This document shows, in pieces, positions 18,557 to 28,300 of a DNA stretch of 64,000 nucleotides. The DNA lies in the IMG/VR virus record IMGVR_UViG_3300030389_003255, positions 1-64,000 of that record. One strand, given 5' to 3'. Made by a program: the position numbers and the translations under genes. The notes under the pieces are model-generated. The model was not told where the DNA came from, ran no database searches, and was given only the letters and a program-made list of their open reading frames with translations. The stretch comes from a virus. Positions within the stretch are counted from its first letter, which is position 1, and every line of letters begins with the position of its first letter.

Positions 18557-19232
18557 TTCTAGAGAAAAATCTCTGCTTGCAGATTTAGTTAAAAAGAAGG
18601 CTAAGTCGCTTAATATTAAAACTGATATTAAATGGATAGAAGTAGGTGATTATGTTTATGATGATGTATGCTTTGAGGCTAAATCAGCAGTAGATTTTCT
18701 AGGTTCAGTTCTTAGTAAAAGAATGTGGACTCAACTAGACAATATGGACAGATGTTATAAAAATAATATATTATTAATCTACGGTGATTTAGATAAGGCA
18801 ATAATGAAGGTAATAGAAAATAGTAAAAGTAAGTTACCAATACAAGGGAGAATAAAATTGTTTCACAATAAGTTTCTAGGGGGTTTATCTAGAATCATAT
18901 TAGACACAGATGTTAAACCTATTTGGGTAAAGTCTGAAGAAGAAGCCGCCCTTATTATTACTTCTGTTAGCAAGATAAAACCAGTATCAAGAGATACGAT
19001 ACAACCACAAGTGCATAAAAGATTATCAACCGACGACCTACGACTAGATTTACTAACTAGCATTAAAGGGGTGTCGATTAAAAAAGCAAAACTATTGATT
19101 AAAAACTTCGGTTCAATAATGGAAATAGGTGAATGTTCAGTAAGAGAACTATGCAAATTAGAAGGGTTTGGAGACACCCTTTCCAAAAGAATACTCTCCA
19201 CTTTAAACTCCGAAGATAAGGTGAAAATATGA
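18543..19232 (+). CDS. ERCC4/XPF-family structure-specific nuclease with HhH motifs
   Basis: VIDSRE, GDYVY..CFEAKS..DF..S, then IKGVSIKKA..L...FGS and LEGFG HhH repeats. Confidence 0.9.
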   Translation: MLVIDSREKSLLADLVKKKAKSLNIKTDIKWIEVGDYVYDDVCFEAKSAVDFLGSVLSKRMWTQLDNMDRCYKNNILLIYGDLDKAIMKVIENSKSKLPIQGRIKLFHNKFLGGLSRIILDTDVKPIWVKSEEEAALIITSVSKIKPVSRDTIQPQVHKRLSTDDLRLDLLTSIKGVSIKKAKLLIKNFGSIMEIGECSVRELCKLEGFGDTLSKRILSTLNSEDKVKI

Positions 19233-20806
19233 ATGAAAATGAAGAATATGAAATACAAGGATATCAGGAATTATATGAGGACATAGACGACTTCAAAGAG
19301 TATGATAATGCGCTTGTAGAAAGCGAGAAAGCCTACAAAGAATCTCTGCCTAAAGTAGTATTAGACTATGTTAAGTCAGCAGAAGAAGTTTCTCACTACA
19401 ATGCTATACCCGCAAGCATAAGTTATTTTACTATATTAGGAAACATATGCAAAGACTTTGTGCATATCCCAAACGGTAGAAACCATGAAGATGTTAGAGT
19501 TCACTTTTGTTGGGTTCAAACTTCAGGGACTGGAAAAACTACATTATGGAATTTTGTAGAGGGAGTATCGGATTCTGTTTTTAATAAGATAAATCAAGAA
19601 GGAACACACCCTCCCTTTATAGACCCCGATACTAAAATAGGAGGTAAAAGATTTAGTGAAGATAATCCTAATGGGTTGCCTCTAATGGATAATGATGGCT
19701 TTCCTATTAAGTTCAATACCTTTAGTGTTATAGATTATACCGATTCTTCTCTAATTGGTAAGTTTGACCAACACATGACAGAAGAAGGAGAGAAGGAATT
19801 TAAGCGTAGAGCAGGAGTATTAGAAGGGATGGGATTAGCCCATTGGGATGAGTTTGAATACTCTGGTATCTTCAAACAAAGTCAGCACAAAGAAAACTCA
19901 ATTGTGTATCTAAATACTCTTATGAACTCACTGGCAGGTAAGTCTTGGATAATCAGTAAAGCCTTAGATTCACAAGAAGGCAGAATAATGAATTGCTATG
20001 CTATGAGGTCAGTCTTTGCTACTACTTATCCTCCTAATAATATAAATCAAGTCATGGCAGAAAAGGGGGTTCTTCAAAGAATGCTTCTGTATATTTGGGA
20101 AGTTCCTGCATACAAACAACATGAAATGCGACTTAAGCAGTATGCAAAGTCCGGAACAATTGAAGATGTAGATACTCCGGTAGAAACATTCTCTGATGAA
20201 ATGTTCGAGATTTACAAGGAACTTAGAAAGAAATACTATCAAAACGGTGGCAATCCCCTTTTGACAATTGAATACACTGATGAATATCGTTCTAGTTTGA
20301 TGGAAGCATATAGACAGTTGCTAGGTGAAATGCGAGGAGTTCCGGAAAAAGTAACTAAGTTAGCATCTACTTTCCTATCTAGAATAATGGTAACTTTGAT
20401 GAAAGTGTCTACGCTATGTTGCATAGCAGAAACATTAGAGAGAAAAGAAGAAGATAGGTTCAAGGTTACTGGAGATAATGTTCGTTCAGCAGGGCTAATT
20501 GTGCGACAATGTTATAAGACATTGTTAGAGTGGTTGGAACGAAGCCTAAGAAGTAAGAAGCCGGTATCAGCAAAAGCAGGAGAAAACTACAAAACAATGT
20601 TTACAGAAGCATATGAGGGCATGAAGAAAGATGATAAAGGCTATGTAAACAAGAAAATGTATATGTTAGAGGCTAGAAATAAATTAAAATTATCAAGGTC
20701 ACAAACATATGAGGTTTACAACAAATACGGCAAAGACTACTTTGAAGAAATCAAAGAAGGAAGAAGTTTCTACATAAGAATAAAGAAAACAGGTGATGAA
20801 GAATGA
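19229..20806 (+). CDS. MCM-like AAA+ ATPase, probable replicative helicase
   Basis: Walker A TSGTGKT, Walker B HWDEFE, SVFATT (sensor 1), LQRM (Arg finger) and a C-terminal wHTH-like region; in the replication block. Confidence 0.6.
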   Translation: MNENEEYEIQGYQELYEDIDDFKEYDNALVESEKAYKESLPKVVLDYVKSAEEVSHYNAIPASISYFTILGNICKDFVHIPNGRNHEDVRVHFCWVQTSGTGKTTLWNFVEGVSDSVFNKINQEGTHPPFIDPDTKIGGKRFSEDNPNGLPLMDNDGFPIKFNTFSVIDYTDSSLIGKFDQHMTEEGEKEFKRRAGVLEGMGLAHWDEFEYSGIFKQSQHKENSIVYLNTLMNSLAGKSWIISKALDSQEGRIMNCYAMRSVFATTYPPNNINQVMAEKGVLQRMLLYIWEVPAYKQHEMRLKQYAKSGTIEDVDTPVETFSDEMFEIYKELRKKYYQNGGNPLLTIEYTDEYRSSLMEAYRQLLGEMRGVPEKVTKLASTFLSRIMVTLMKVSTLCCIAETLERKEEDRFKVTGDNVRSAGLIVRQCYKTLLEWLERSLRSKKPVSAKAGENYKTMFTEAYEGMKKDDKGYVNKKMYMLEARNKLKLSRSQTYEVYNKYGKDYFEEIKEGRSFYIRIKKTGDEE

Positions 20807-21030
20807 TGTGGGAAAATACATTTTTAGTGTTTGAAGTTAGTAAAGGGCCGAAAGTTATAATTGAATCTCTAGATAATTATGGTAAAGAGGGTTGGGAATT
20901 GTGTTCAATGCTTCTTGTTGCAGGCAATCAAATAGTAGCCTTTCTAAAAAGAAAGGTCGGAGATGAAGAACCTAAAGAAGATAAGGAAGAACAAAAGATT
21001 GCTAAACTTTGGTCTGCTGATGGTAAGTGA
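20803..21030 (+). CDS. DUF4177-like small protein
   Basis: LDNYGKEGWEL...AFLKR motif. Confidence 0.65.
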   Translation: MMWENTFLVFEVSKGPKVIIESLDNYGKEGWELCSMLLVAGNQIVAFLKRKVGDEEPKEDKEEQKIAKLWSADGK

Positions 21031-21034
21031 TAGA

Positions 21035-21628
21035 ATGTCAGTCTTAGCACTTGACATAGAAACAAAAAATATGTCTTATGAAATAGGGGGATTCTCAAAT
21101 ACCCATATGTTTCAAGTATCTACTGTTGCCACTTGGGATGGAAATACTGGAACTGTTTATGTTGATGAAAAAGTTGATTCTTTCGCTAAGTCAGGCCATA
21201 TTATAAAATCTCTTAGAGAGTTAAAATATGATTTAGATGACAGTTTTGAAAAGGGAGTCAAACTACTAGGACATAATATAGCGGCATTTGACCTACCTAT
21301 TCTTAGAGACTCTATGGACATATATTGTATTAATAAATATATTAAAAACAATCAATATATAGATACTTCCAAAATACTTCTAAAGGAACATAAAGAAAGA
21401 TTCCAGTTGAAGAATTTAGTAAAATGCACGATGAACGACGCTAAACTTATGGATAGTGCTGATGCTCCTAAGTTGTGGAAAATGGGTCAGTATGATGAAG
21501 TAGTAGAGTATTGTATGAAAGATACTCAATTAGTTTATGACCTATGGCAGATAGGTAAGAGTCAAGGAAAAGTAAAAGCATTTTCAATAGATAAAGGAGA
21601 ACATAAAGAACTGGAGGTGAATTGGTAA
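21035..21628 (+). CDS. DEDD-family 3'-5' exonuclease (RNase_H_2/YprB-like)
   Basis: LDIET, GHNIAAFDLP and YCMKD. Confidence 0.85.
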   Translation: MSVLALDIETKNMSYEIGGFSNTHMFQVSTVATWDGNTGTVYVDEKVDSFAKSGHIIKSLRELKYDLDDSFEKGVKLLGHNIAAFDLPILRDSMDIYCINKYIKNNQYIDTSKILLKEHKERFQLKNLVKCTMNDAKLMDSADAPKLWKMGQYDEVVEYCMKDTQLVYDLWQIGKSQGKVKAFSIDKGEHKELEVNW

Positions 21629-21777
21629 TGGATGGTTGGGATTGGTTCGGCCTTATTGCCTTTCTAATCGTTCTTATGCTTCTGTTCTTCGCCGCTTTTG
21701 GTGGTTCTAATATCACTGACCAAAGCGTAGAAGATTACATGAGGCGTTTGATGCGAGAAGATAAAGGCGTTAAGTGA
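21628..21777 (+). CDS. small membrane protein (49 aa, not in ORF track)
   Basis: MDGWDWFGLIAFLIVLMLLFFAAFGGS...; TAATG coupling. Confidence 0.55.
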   Translation: MDGWDWFGLIAFLIVLMLLFFAAFGGSNITDQSVEDYMRRLMREDKGVK

Positions 21778-21923
21778 TGGCATTAAAAGAAGTTTGTAGA
21801 TACTGTGATGAATTAACAATACCTAGAAGAATCAGAGGATTCTATTTAGGTTCGGATGAGCAAGTTAATTTATGGGAATGTAGGCATTGTTTTGTTGTTT
21901 GGTCTGACAAGACTAGGCGGTAG
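21777..21923 (+). CDS. small Zn-ribbon protein (48 aa, not in ORF track)
   Basis: CRYC...WECRHCFVVW; TGATG coupling. Confidence 0.55.
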   Translation: MALKEVCRYCDELTIPRRIRGFYLGSDEQVNLWECRHCFVVWSDKTRR

Positions 21924-21960
21924 AGGAGAAATAAAAATCTCCTCTGCCGCCCTTTTTTTT
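21916..21960 (+). terminator. hairpin plus oligo-T terminator ending the replication block
   Basis: GGCGGTAGAGGAGA-aataaaaa-TCTCCTCTGCCGCC stem followed by C and T8, at the convergence of the two gene blocks. Confidence 0.85.
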
Positions 21961-22012
21961 GGTTTTTTAAAAATCATCAATTTTTAGATTAAGGAAAAGT
22001 GAGCCTGCAAAA

Positions 22013-22147
22013 TTAATTTTTTTCATCTAGTATAATAAATCCTATATCTTCTTTTTTATCGTAAGTTAAATAAATAGTAACAAAGCCTAAAATAAAACCA
22101 ACTAGAAAAAACACAAAGAGTTGGCACAAAATGTAATTTAAAATCAT
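22013..22147 (-). CDS. small membrane protein (44 aa, not in ORF track)
   Basis: MILNYILCQLFVFFLVGFILGFVTIYLTYDKKED... Confidence 0.4.
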   Translation of the reverse strand: MILNYILCQLFVFFLVGFILGFVTIYLTYDKKEDIGFIILDEKN

Positions 22148-22162
22148 ATAAAATCAAAGCAT

Positions 22163-22663
22163 CTACATTTCAGGAAGGTCGTGCAAAATATTCCAAAAGC
22201 CTATTTTGTTACAATAAGAATCATATTTGTGTTTCATAGCGGCAATGTAGCCATTATAAGATAATGGATTCCCACCGACCCATGAATCAAACCAACCAAT
22301 ATCCCAGTGCAAACCTGCGGGAACATTCCAAGTTTCTATATCCTCTTTAATCAGAGTAAATCTACTATCCTTTGCACAATAAGGCCAAACTAAATCTATT
22401 ACATCCTGTGAGTTTTCTATAATTGTAACTGAATTAAAAGTATGATTATTTATTAGTTCTTTATTTAGAAAACCTATTCCCAAACCTGCTACCAATATAT
22501 CTCCAGTTGCGTTATTCCAAAGCCACTTGTGCGTATGATATTCCCATGCACTATCCTTCATAATAGAACTGCCGAGGTCTAACTTAACCAATGAACACTC
22601 TCCATTATCCATTTCTACTTTCCAGTTTCCCTGCTCACCTTCCGGTATATTTATTCCCAACAT
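22163..22663 (-). CDS. SAM-dependent methyltransferase/spermidine-synthase-like fold protein
   Basis: Motif I ILVAGLGIG, VTIIE..DVIDLV and WDIGWFDSW. Confidence 0.7.
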   Translation of the reverse strand: MLGINIPEGEQGNWKVEMDNGECSLVKLDLGSSIMKDSAWEYHTHKWLWNNATGDILVAGLGIGFLNKELINNHTFNSVTIIENSQDVIDLVWPYCAKDSRFTLIKEDIETWNVPAGLHWDIGWFDSWVGGNPLSYNGYIAAMKHKYDSYCNKIGFWNILHDLPEM

Positions 22664-22672
22664 AATAAAACC

Positions 22673-23482
22673 TCATGTCAAAGTAATTTCTACATCATGA
22701 AATGCTTGTTCTTGATTACCTGCGGTATTTGTGCTTACTGATTTATATGATATTTCAAACACTTCGCCTGCCGAGGGATTAGAACCAGTCCTTGCTCTCA
22801 AATCAAGTAAATTAATCAAATTTATATTAAAACTTGCGGGGGTGTTTGCTAGTCCTCCCGTTCCTAAAATTCCCCAATTGCTATTATTTGCGGCAGAGGG
22901 GGTCAGAAAATTATTAGCAAAATAGGGATAATCAACTGACTTTGCTAAGGAATTCTGTAGTGGAAAATTAGGTGTTTTTGTTGCCCCAAAAGGATTAAAA
23001 GTTTGTGTTCCCGACCAACCATTATTGATTGTAAGTATTTCATAAGAAACTAATGAACCTAATCCGTTAGGAACTTGTAAGAACATAGCAATATTAAGAA
23101 ATACCTCTTCCGGCTCACTTAAAAATGGAAAATACGGGCTTGTTTGTCCTGTATTTGCTGAATTTAAAAAGGTATTAAGGGTAGAAGCAGGAAGAGTATA
23201 AGCACTTTTTATTTTATTTGTCCCAATTGCGGTTATTGTTGGAGAACTAAAACCCGTTATAGCCGTTCCTGTTCCTTGTTGTCTAGTTCCATTAATAAAA
23301 TCAAAGAATAAAACATTTCGCCACATATACAAGTCTACTCCCCCACCCGCACCACTTACAGAACTATCAGAAAAATATGCTTGATTTAATGTAACTCCCG
23401 CAGGAATAGCGTTAGCCTCATCTTCGGCACAAGAACCCGCAATAGCGTTATACAAAATAATCAAACTCCTAGTGCAATCCAA
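22673..23482 (-). CDS. putative tail-fibre-associated virion protein
   Basis: S/T/N/G-rich and beta-rich; follows the tail fibre gene. Confidence 0.45.
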   Translation of the reverse strand: MDCTRSLIILYNAIAGSCAEDEANAIPAGVTLNQAYFSDSSVSGAGGGVDLYMWRNVLFFDFINGTRQQGTGTAITGFSSPTITAIGTNKIKSAYTLPASTLNTFLNSANTGQTSPYFPFLSEPEEVFLNIAMFLQVPNGLGSLVSYEILTINNGWSGTQTFNPFGATKTPNFPLQNSLAKSVDYPYFANNFLTPSAANNSNWGILGTGGLANTPASFNINLINLLDLRARTGSNPSAGEVFEISYKSVSTNTAGNQEQAFHDVEITLT

Positions 23483-25041
23483 TTATTACTACCGATAGCA
23501 ATACAAGTGACCGCATTATAAGTTGTTACCGTTATAGCCGCACCATTACTACCACCATTAATATTAGTAGAAACACTTGGGCTAACAGTAATACTACCGC
23601 CTGTTACATTTAGAATAGTATAATGTTCTCCCTCTGTGGAAGTAGCAGGTAAAGTTACATTTCCATTACATTTTAGATATGCTCCTGCGTGAGTTGCTTC
23701 TGTTAAAGTAGTGCTTGCTGAAACAGAAACCATTGGTAGTCTTGGGCTTCTAAATGTTCCTCCAGTAGCAACTTCTAATGTAGCAGTAGGATTTGTAGTT
23801 CCAATACCAACCTTGCCGTTTTCATCAATACGCATACTTTCCTTAACAGTCCAAGTATCATCATTAGAATCATTTTGTCTTAAAAATCTTATTTGTCCAT
23901 CATCGCTTGATGATGTATTAGTAAAAATAATACCTGCTCCTCCTCTAGCATTTGTTCCCGATGCAAAACCATCATGCGTCCCTCCACTAACTGAATCATC
24001 TAATCTTAAATTTCCACCAACCATAGCATCTCCATTATCAATTGATAAGAAAGCGTATGCTCTACTGGAAGGAGAAGTAACCTCAACAGAATTTTCTACT
24101 GCTATTGCACCGGAGGCCATTATTGATACCGTATTATCATTAGCCCCCCTTACATCTAATTTAGCATCCGGCCCATCTGTTGCATTAGAAGTAGATTGCC
24201 CTATTCTAACACTAGATAATTCACCATCTATTTTTATTACTTCTGTATCGCTTCCACCATCATTAACATTAAAATTAATATCTTTGTTAGAAACAGTATT
24301 TTTAATGGTAATATTATCGCTAGATTCTGTTATTGTAAGTTCAGCCGCAGTTCCCAAACTTAATGACTTCACGCTAGTTACTCCTGTTCCGTCTACCGAA
24401 AATACTTCCGTTAGGGTATCAGTTAAATCTCCATCAGCGTCATCATCGGTTACTATCTCAAACTTTTCATCAGCCGTATTATCGCCCAATACAAATCTAA
24501 CATCTGCATCTGCTATTTTATTATGAAAAGTAGTCTTAGTTGCACTTCCCTCAATTGACATGGCTTCTGTGTATCCTGAATTATCGTAGCCTACACTAAC
24601 GGAATGTTCAGTCTTATTTACGGTAAGATACTGAATAGGCATAGGATTACTACCGTTATGTGTAACTACTGCTATAATAGTATCTCCTGTGGTATAGTCG
24701 GGAACTTTATCCTTTGCACTAGGGCTTCTAATAACAATGGCATTATTACTAGCCACTGACACTAAATGATAGGAGTTCTCACTAGCAGTAGTTCTACCTA
24801 AAGCCAAATTATTTACTGCTGAAATACTCACCCTTTTTCCATCTCTAAAAATAACTCCTGCTCCAACATCTATTTGTGTAGCACTATCAATGGTAATGTC
24901 AAAACCGCTAATTGCATAGTTTTGACCTAATCCATCGGATAGTGATTTTATTATTCCAGTATGAGGAAAATCTACACCATCCTCTATTTGATTAAAACTC
25001 GATGTCGTGCTTTGACTATAGTAATTAGGATTGCTTACCAT
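23461..25041 (-). CDS. tail fibre protein
   Basis: Fibre repeats such as MRIDENGKVGIGTTNPTATLEV; C-terminal VTLP...G..YTILN...NNWIALG domain. Confidence 0.75.
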   Translation of the reverse strand: MVSNPNYYSQSTTSSFNQIEDGVDFPHTGIIKSLSDGLGQNYAISGFDITIDSATQIDVGAGVIFRDGKRVSISAVNNLALGRTTASENSYHLVSVASNNAIVIRSPSAKDKVPDYTTGDTIIAVVTHNGSNPMPIQYLTVNKTEHSVSVGYDNSGYTEAMSIEGSATKTTFHNKIADADVRFVLGDNTADEKFEIVTDDDADGDLTDTLTEVFSVDGTGVTSVKSLSLGTAAELTITESSDNITIKNTVSNKDINFNVNDGGSDTEVIKIDGELSSVRIGQSTSNATDGPDAKLDVRGANDNTVSIMASGAIAVENSVEVTSPSSRAYAFLSIDNGDAMVGGNLRLDDSVSGGTHDGFASGTNARGGAGIIFTNTSSSDDGQIRFLRQNDSNDDTWTVKESMRIDENGKVGIGTTNPTATLEVATGGTFRSPRLPMVSVSASTTLTEATHAGAYLKCNGNVTLPATSTEGEHYTILNVTGGSITVSPSVSTNINGGSNGAAITVTTYNAVTCIAIGSNNWIALGV

Positions 25042-25042
25042 T

Positions 25043-25390
25043 CTACTCTACCTCCATAATAATAAAAATTTCTAATGTAGCATCATTAGCAATCGGGCCA
25101 ATTGCATCAAAGTTAATCCTTTGAATCATGTTTTGATTTCCCGAAGCATGATTAAATAAACCAACTTCTCTTATTGTGTTTCCATTCAAAGAAGTTCCCG
25201 CAATAGAAATTTTAGCCTCTATTACATTACTAGTAGAACTACTAGTAGTGGGGGTAATATTTAGGTTAAGAGGCACATCCAATGTGTCGCTTATCGGATT
25301 AGTAGAATTACCACCCTGTCCTACATCTGCTTTCAGCATTAATGTCTTGATATGTGTCGCCACTAATTCCTGCAATTTTTCTGTTATCAT
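25043..25390 (-). CDS. tail collar/fibre-anchoring protein (DUF3751-like)
   Basis: VGQGG...IREVGLFN motif; position in the tail module. Confidence 0.55.
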   Translation of the reverse strand: MITEKLQELVATHIKTLMLKADVGQGGNSTNPISDTLDVPLNLNITPTTSSSTSNVIEAKISIAGTSLNGNTIREVGLFNHASGNQNMIQRINFDAIGPIANDATLEIFIIMEVE

Positions 25391-28300
25391 AGTAAATCTT
25401 CCTCTAGCAAAGTGGTGAGTGTGATGCTTCCTTCTGCAAACCCAAATGTATTGGTGTTTGTATTTAGTGTTGCCGCAAAGCCTAGATGGAAAGTCCCCGT
25501 TGCTGACCTAGTTCTAATTAAGAGAGAAATTTCTTTTAAGTTTACTTTCTCCAATAGGTCTACCGAAGAGGATTTTTCATTGAAAGACAATGCTCTCAAA
25601 GTGTTTGATGTAGCCTGTGTTTGTAACAGTAGTTCAGCAAACACATCTTCTAGTCTCTTAGAATATTTACCCATCTCTACTGTAACAAAACCACTGATGG
25701 GGTGAGCCACATCTAAAACGATGTAATTATCTAAACCAACATTCTCTTGCTTGGACTCGAATTGGATTATATCTCCAGCCCTTAATTGTTCGTGGCCTGT
25801 TGGTATAACTCTAACCTTTATTTTTTTACTTAGAGTTCCATGTATTCTTAGCAGTTTACTTGCTCTATCGTCCACATCTTGTTGGGTTATTAAGGTAGAA
25901 TCAATCTCTTCAAGAGTTTTTCTTCCGATTTTCTGTATGCTACTCAGGTTCTTTTTATCTGCCTTGTGCGATGAGCCATAGACTATTACTTGATTATAAA
26001 AGTCAAAACCGCTATCAACAGTTTCATAATCTACTATTTTATCGTCATCTATTAGAATATTAGTTCTAAAAATAGTATCATCTCTGGGTTTAACACTAAA
26101 TGAATTTTCATTAATTATTAAAGACAAATCCTTTCTTTCTAATACATAATTGATTGCAGAAAACAAAGAAGCCCCTATAAATTTAGGGGCAATAAACAAC
26201 GGAAATGTTGGAGAAGTATTATCAAAAGTCAAACCTTCTTCTTCAAAAAGTTCATTTATTAGAGACTCAGATTCATCTGCTATTGTAGCCGTAGAACCTA
26301 TACAAGCCCTGTTTGGATTTATTTTTAACTCTTCTAATGAATTAACTATAAATGTCTCTGAAACTGAGACTACTCCATTTAGTTTCTTTTTGTCTTTAAT
26401 TACTAAACTATGAACATTTGTTGCTAAGGTCTTTGATGAGGTGTTACTCTTAAAAGAATTATCTCCATCACTATAAAATAATTCATATTCTCCTAATGGC
26501 AAAACACCGGTAGAAGAGGTTGTAATTAAATTGGTTGAGGATGTCTGTTCGTGTGCATCTAACATAACATACATGGATAATACTGCTTCGTTTGTAGTTT
26601 GATATTCTCTACCACCTTCGTTAAAAAAGTAATTATCTTTTTGCTTTCCATACATCTCTTCAGAATTGGCTTTTTTAGTATATTCCGGTCTTGGAACAAA
26701 TAATTGTATATTATCGGGAGATTCTTCATAGAAGCAAACTGGATTAGGTTGCATTATTCTATATGCCTTTCCGTTAGTTAGGGCTACTTCTGTGTATAAT
26801 TCTACTTGATTACTACCGTCTGTTACTTCTTGAGCATAAACATATATTGGTTGAACCTTATTACCTATTATAGAATCTACTGAACTGACACTAGGAGAAC
26901 CACTCTCTTCTATCAAATAGCACCCTGTTAAATCAACAAATTTTAACCAAGCAGTTTTATCAGGATGATGAGGAGTAATTATTGTTTTGTAGATTTGGCT
27001 TCCGGAAGAACGATGCAAAACCCCTCCACTTATTTTACTAGAACCTGTATTATAAAATAACCTAAGTTTGAATCCAATAAATGCTCCATCCGCAGGAGAT
27101 TCAATTGAGGTGTAATCTTTGGTTGAAGAATCATTAGTTCTAAAGAACTCTTTAAAATGATTTAATGAACATACATTTATTATTTCTCTACTGCCTATTG
27201 TTGTCCCGCCGGTTTCAATACCGCCAGCATTAGTTCCTAATACCCCTGTGCAGTTTCCCGCTTCTAGATTGTGATGAGAATCTTCAATGTCATATACATC
27301 TAAAATAACACCAATAGTTCCTCCATAAGAATTATTTTCTACGGCTTTTACAGTTTCTTGTGATGGAACTGTAAAAGCCCCATCTAAGGTCGCTACATAA
27401 AGACTATTATTAAACAACTTATCTCTGTAAATACTAGGTAAAACTACTTCCGCATCAGTAGGCATAGTTATAGCACCGCTATTTTTAGTGAAGGCATAAT
27501 CAGCACTTTGTTCACCATAATTGTATTTAGTTGTTTTAGGAATAATAGCACCCTTTAAAGGATGATACCGGCTAGTAGCAGTTCCATCTATACTATCTAT
27601 TTTATGCCTTCCGCCAATACCAGAGGAAAAGATATTCGTTATTCTAATAGGATTAGAATGAGTGCTAGAAAAGTCAGGAGTTCTAACAGTTCCAGTAATT
27701 CCGTGAACATCAGTTGTCCCGTTACTTGCTATTGTAGCAATATATTTATTATCACTAGTATATATGTCATCTCCTGCAACTAATGTTAAGGAGTTTTGAA
27801 ATGTAATAGTATTACTAACACCGTTGATAGCGGTAATACTATTGCCTGTCAAGGCTATTCTTTGAAAGAAAGTATTCACCATTGAATTAGGATTTTCTCC
27901 ATAAAATTCATCTGTGGCTTTTTCGGGGTTAATTAGATTAAAATTTTCATCATAAACACATTCAGTTAATCTCATTAAATTAAATCTCTTCAAATCAGAA
28001 AGTGTTTGTTCAGTGTTAAAGGATAGTGTCTGAAAGTTAGAATCTTTTAGAATAATATTTGCATTGTCTGTTTTTTTCGCATTATCTATCATTAGTAATT
28101 TATAATCATTAATCGTCTTAAGATTAGAAAATATACTACTACATCTATTTACATCATGCGGAAGAATATCACAAGTAATATACAGAAACAATCTAGGAAA
28201 AGAATAGTCCTTTCCTTCAAATATTAAACTCTGAGCAGAAGTAGAACTGTTAAAACCTAAAGCACTGATAGGGCTAGCAGAAAGAATACCGCTATTTCTT

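Noticed and set aside
178-21716. Short - strand ORFs in the replication block
   Set aside because: They are antisense to tightly coupled + strand genes; their hydrophobic composition is expected from reverse-complemented A-rich codons.
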